The notes under the pieces: generated by a model | Database searches by the model: none | Seen by the model: only the letters and a program-made list of their open reading frames with translations | Told to the model about the DNA's origin: nothing | In this document: piece after piece, positions 26,726 through 29,390 of the stretch | Layout: every line of letters begins with the position of its first letter | Numbering within the stretch: position 1 is the first letter of the stretch | IMG/VR virus record: IMGVR_UViG_3300025015_000383 | Span: 1-29,390 of that record | Strand: one strand, 5' to 3' | DNA length: 29,390 nucleotides | Source: a virus | Lineage: Duplodnaviria; Caudoviricetes | Made by a program: the position numbers and the translations under genes

Positions 26726-28180
26726 TTACAAATTATCATTTTCTGACCCGGAAAGCTCCGCCGTGGCATCTGCTTTCATACGCTCCATCTCTACTTTTGA
26801 ATCTTTAACCAAAGGATTCTTTTCTATTGCTGTTTCTTTTGACATTATCCCTCCTGTGACAGCTACCGATAAATTATCAATAATTTCCGTTGTGTTCATT
26901 GGAAGGTAAGGTGTAACCTCAGGCTTCAATTGAACTGTCCTGCATTCACTTGCCAGCGAAGTGTCGATTAGAGCTCCTATGGCCGCCTTGATGATATTTA
27001 ACCGCCTTTGAAGTCCTATCCCGAACGTTTCCTCTTCCATGCGAACTGCCATATGCGGATCTGAGAAAATCATTTCTGCTGCAAATCCTGACATCTGGCC
27101 TATTGTCATCATTTGGTCAAATGATATGTTCGGAGTCTGCGACATTGCATGAATGAACTTTTCAAGATTCGTCTGCTCCAGGCTTATCGACTGCGGCTCT
27201 GAGGCTAAATTAGCGTAACCGGCCGTTGCCCCGTTCTCGAGTTGCATAACTGACCCCTGAGCGTTGTCAATTATCTCGCCCTGGATTTCACCGGCCACGG
27301 TGAAGATAGGCGCCCCGAACTTATCGTTCATCCCGCCGTGATTCGAAGTCAATGTTTCGTGACGGTCAATCATTGACTGCACGTTATGCCATACCGGTTT
27401 TTTCTGATTGTAGTATTCAACTAGAATCTTCTTTGCGGGATTCGGGACCGGATTAGCGGGGATATAGTCGCCTGTCTCCACTGATTTGCCAATTGCATCA
27501 GGATCAAGTGTCCACTGGCCATCTTTTTTGATGTACTTGTAAGTAAATTCAGCAGTGTAAATATCCGAATGCTCAATATCTTTGCCGTTCTCGGATAACT
27601 TATAATCCCTGCGAAATGATATCATCGTTCCGTTACTGTCAAACAGTGGGTAAAGAGTGTCACCAAGTTCCGGGGAGACAATCTTGCTGTTTAGTGTAAA
27701 CTTGTATTTTGGATCATTCGTTTCAACATAATACCAAATAACAGCGACTTCCAGCTCAGACAACTTCCGGCGCAGGATCTCTTTATTCTTGTAATCCATT
27801 TTATTGTCGTTCTGGATCCTCTCTACCAACTTAACAAGCTGTTTTTCTTTTTCGCTTTCAGTATCCCATATTACATTTGTTTTAACAGGATGCGAAAGTG
27901 TGAACCCGACCCGGCGTTCTGTGATTATGTTCTGCCAGGGAATGCCGACTCTCACAACATCTATCCACTTATCGGTCCAGTTAACATTACCTGCAGAGTC
28001 TTTTGTGCCTGAATCAATTTTGATCTTACGCATTGGCCGGATAGCCTTATCAAAGACATCATGAGTATCGACATTGTACTGTTTAATAGCATCTGCCTGA
28101 ACCCCGGTATCAACCTGGCGGGTGAATAGCTTATCAATCGCTTTAAAGTCCTGTGATTTAATTACGTCAAGTGCTGCCAT
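26726..28180 (-). CDS. Portal protein (SPP1 Gp6-like)
   Basis: 484 aa after the terminase; LYPLFD, SQTPNISFD...SGFA, LQRRLNII, GIMSKETAI...P...E.ER motifs. Confidence 0.9.
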   Translation of the reverse strand: MAALDVIKSQDFKAIDKLFTRQVDTGVQADAIKQYNVDTHDVFDKAIRPMRKIKIDSGTKDSAGNVNWTDKWIDVVRVGIPWQNIITERRVGFTLSHPVKTNVIWDTESEKEKQLVKLVERIQNDNKMDYKNKEILRRKLSELEVAVIWYYVETNDPKYKFTLNSKIVSPELGDTLYPLFDSNGTMISFRRDYKLSENGKDIEHSDIYTAEFTYKYIKKDGQWTLDPDAIGKSVETGDYIPANPVPNPAKKILVEYYNQKKPVWHNVQSMIDRHETLTSNHGGMNDKFGAPIFTVAGEIQGEIIDNAQGSVMQLENGATAGYANLASEPQSISLEQTNLEKFIHAMSQTPNISFDQMMTIGQMSGFAAEMIFSDPHMAVRMEEETFGIGLQRRLNIIKAAIGALIDTSLASECRTVQLKPEVTPYLPMNTTEIIDNLSVAVTGGIMSKETAIEKNPLVKDSKVEMERMKADATAELSGSENDNL

Positions 28181-28200
28181 ATCTTTTTGTGTAAAGTTAT

Positions 28201-29390
28201 TTAAATTTTTCCTAACAGGCTTGAAAGGTTTGTTTTTTTACGATTATGTCCGATAACCTCTTCTAGAATCACATAACGCCCTGCGTCAATACTGTTATGT
28301 ACTAATATGCCATTTGCGAAATATTCATGCACTCCTTCGACGTGGATATCGAATACCTGCATCTTTTCGCCTTTTACGCAATGCTTTTGCTTTACAGTTT
28401 GGATGACAGTATTTTGATATTCCTGAATGTCTTGTTTGATATTCTCTTCCGCAAAATTGACAGATAAGCGTTTTTTGTCCTTTATCCTTCCATCCTTCTT
28501 TACTATGTTCTGAGTGCCATTCTCTTCCTTCTTTTGAACCATGCCATTCTTTTGCTTTTTCAATACCCGCATTATGAAATTTATCAAACCATTCTTTGTC
28601 TCGCGAAAACCGCGACTTCCCATGTTCTGACAAATGCTGATGCTTTTCTTTAATTTCAATATTTTCGGGTTGATTATCCCATGTATTTTCGTTTTTATGA
28701 TGAACAGTAAACCCCTTAGGAACTTTGCCATTATAAAATTCCCAGACTGCGACATGCATCCGTTTTGTTCCTCTTGAAAAGTATCGTTCTCTTGGATAAA
28801 GTCTGTATGTTTTCCCATTAAATGTTTGCTCAGGAATACCTGCATCCCCGATTCTAATTGTGAAATCTGTTCCCATCCTTGCGTTGTTTTAATTAAATGA
28901 TCTTCTGTACAATGCAAAGATAATGAAAACATATCGAATTGTATCGAATAGTTATTAACTTGTTTTAATCCATTATGATATAATTTTATAACCCGACTAA
29001 ATCCTTCCGAAGTTAAAACATCATCAGATGTTTTTATATCACAAATATTTTTTATTCCTTCTTTCGTAATTATTTTAGTATCTGAAACAAAACAGTGATT
29101 AAACTCATCAACTGGCTGGTTAAGATATCTACCTTCCTTATCCTGATCATAAACGTAATTATCTATTTCCTTCTTAATATTAGTCGACCTCTTGGTGATT
29201 TTGAGATTATACTCTTTCATCTTTGCCAGCCCGGCATTGATTGATCCCTGAAACTTTTCAACCGCATGGATATTTAACCCTGCATTATGTATCTCATCTA
29301 TTAGTCTGGGGTCTGCACTTTCAGAAATAATCTTTTTATTTTGACATTCTGATTTTAAGACTTTAATAATATCATTTGTCAACATTTTAG
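28201..29390 (-). CDS. terL: Terminase large subunit, C-terminal nuclease domain, intein-containing; 5' end outside the window
   Basis: SESADPRLIDEI, GSINAG, EIDNYVY, PVDEFNH|SIDAGRY after removing the intein; the frame stays open to the window edge. Confidence 0.92.
   Translation of the reverse strand, partial: KMLTNDIIKVLKSECQNKKIISESADPRLIDEIHNAGLNIHAVEKFQGSINAGLAKMKEYNLKITKRSTNIKKEIDNYVYDQDKEGRYLNQPVDEFNHCFVSDTKIITKEGIKNICDIKTSDDVLTSEGFSRVIKLYHNGLKQVNNYSIQFDMFSLSLHCTEDHLIKTTQGWEQISQLESGMQVFLSKHLMGKHTDFIQENDTFQEEQNGCMSQSGNFIMAKFLRGLLFIIKTKIHGIINPKILKLKKSISICQNMGSRGFRETKNGLINFIMRVLKKQKNGMVQKKEENGTQNIVKKDGRIKDKKRLSVNFAEENIKQDIQEYQNTVIQTVKQKHCVKGEKMQVFDIHVEGVHEYFANGILVHNSIDAGRYVILEEVIGHNRKKTNLSSLLGKI
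28294..29094 (-). mobile_element. Intein (267 aa) in the terminase nuclease active-site motif
   Basis: Starts CFVSDTKIIT (block A); TEDHLI (block B); VFDIHVEG (block F); YFANGILVHN followed by Ser+1 (block G). Confidence 0.93.
28325..28876 (-). CDS. HNH homing endonuclease nested out-of-frame inside the intein
   Basis: MHVAVWEFYNGKVPKGFTVHHKNENTWDNQPENIE...H HNH motif; C-terminal CQFC...YCHPNC zinc finger; own ATG and TGA. Confidence 0.88.
   Translation of the reverse strand: MGTDFTIRIGDAGIPEQTFNGKTYRLYPRERYFSRGTKRMHVAVWEFYNGKVPKGFTVHHKNENTWDNQPENIEIKEKHQHLSEHGKSRFSRDKEWFDKFHNAGIEKAKEWHGSKEGREWHSEHSKEGWKDKGQKTLICQFCGREYQTRHSGISKYCHPNCKAKALRKRRKDAGIRYPRRRSA

Noticed and set aside
325-28064. 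Short alternative-frame and antisense ORFs in the track (e.g. 325-522, 2080-2268, 3707-3958, 5640-5945, 10679-10972, 14191-14523, 17899-18156, 22366-22635, 27804-28064)
   Set aside because: They lie within or opposite well-supported genes and show no recognisable motifs, unlike 28325-28876, which has a full HNH and zinc-finger signature
1-29390. CRISPR arrays, tRNA/rRNA genes, DGR/reverse transcriptase, integrase, lysis genes, stop-codon recoding
   Set aside because: No repeat-spacer arrays, cloverleafs or such protein motifs were seen by eye; genes are full-length in the standard code and use TAA, TAG and TGA as stops

Overview
The window is the late (virion morphogenesis) region of a tailed siphovirus-type phage or prophage, almost certainly of a Bacteroidota host (TAnnTTTG promoter boxes, Bacteroidota-phage-type tail genes). 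Nearly everything is on the minus strand. In transcription order it holds: the C-terminal part of the terminase large subunit with an intein; the portal; an ~11 kb glycosylation and nucleotide-sugar island (six glycosyltransferases, RfbH/DdhC-like and ColD-like 3-dehydratases, an SDR, a miniature split transketolase, a methyltransferase); the minor head protein; a ParB-like cassette; scaffold, decoration and major capsid proteins; head-tail connectors; tail tube; a tail chaperone with a -1 frameshift; tape measure; Dit-like and tail tip/fibre genes. Several homing endonucleases are interspersed. Three observations stand out. (1) The terminase intein carries its HNH endonuclease as a complete separate gene in another reading frame, giving 552 nt of dual coding. 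(2) A dideoxy/branched-sugar glycosylation pathway sits between portal and minor head genes, suggesting virion glycosylation. (3) Three sequence-unrelated leaders share one architecture: promoter, 5' arm, uORF, large hairpin whose loop is antisense to the 5' arm, then a coupled downstream gene. All product calls come from motif recognition by eye, not database searches.
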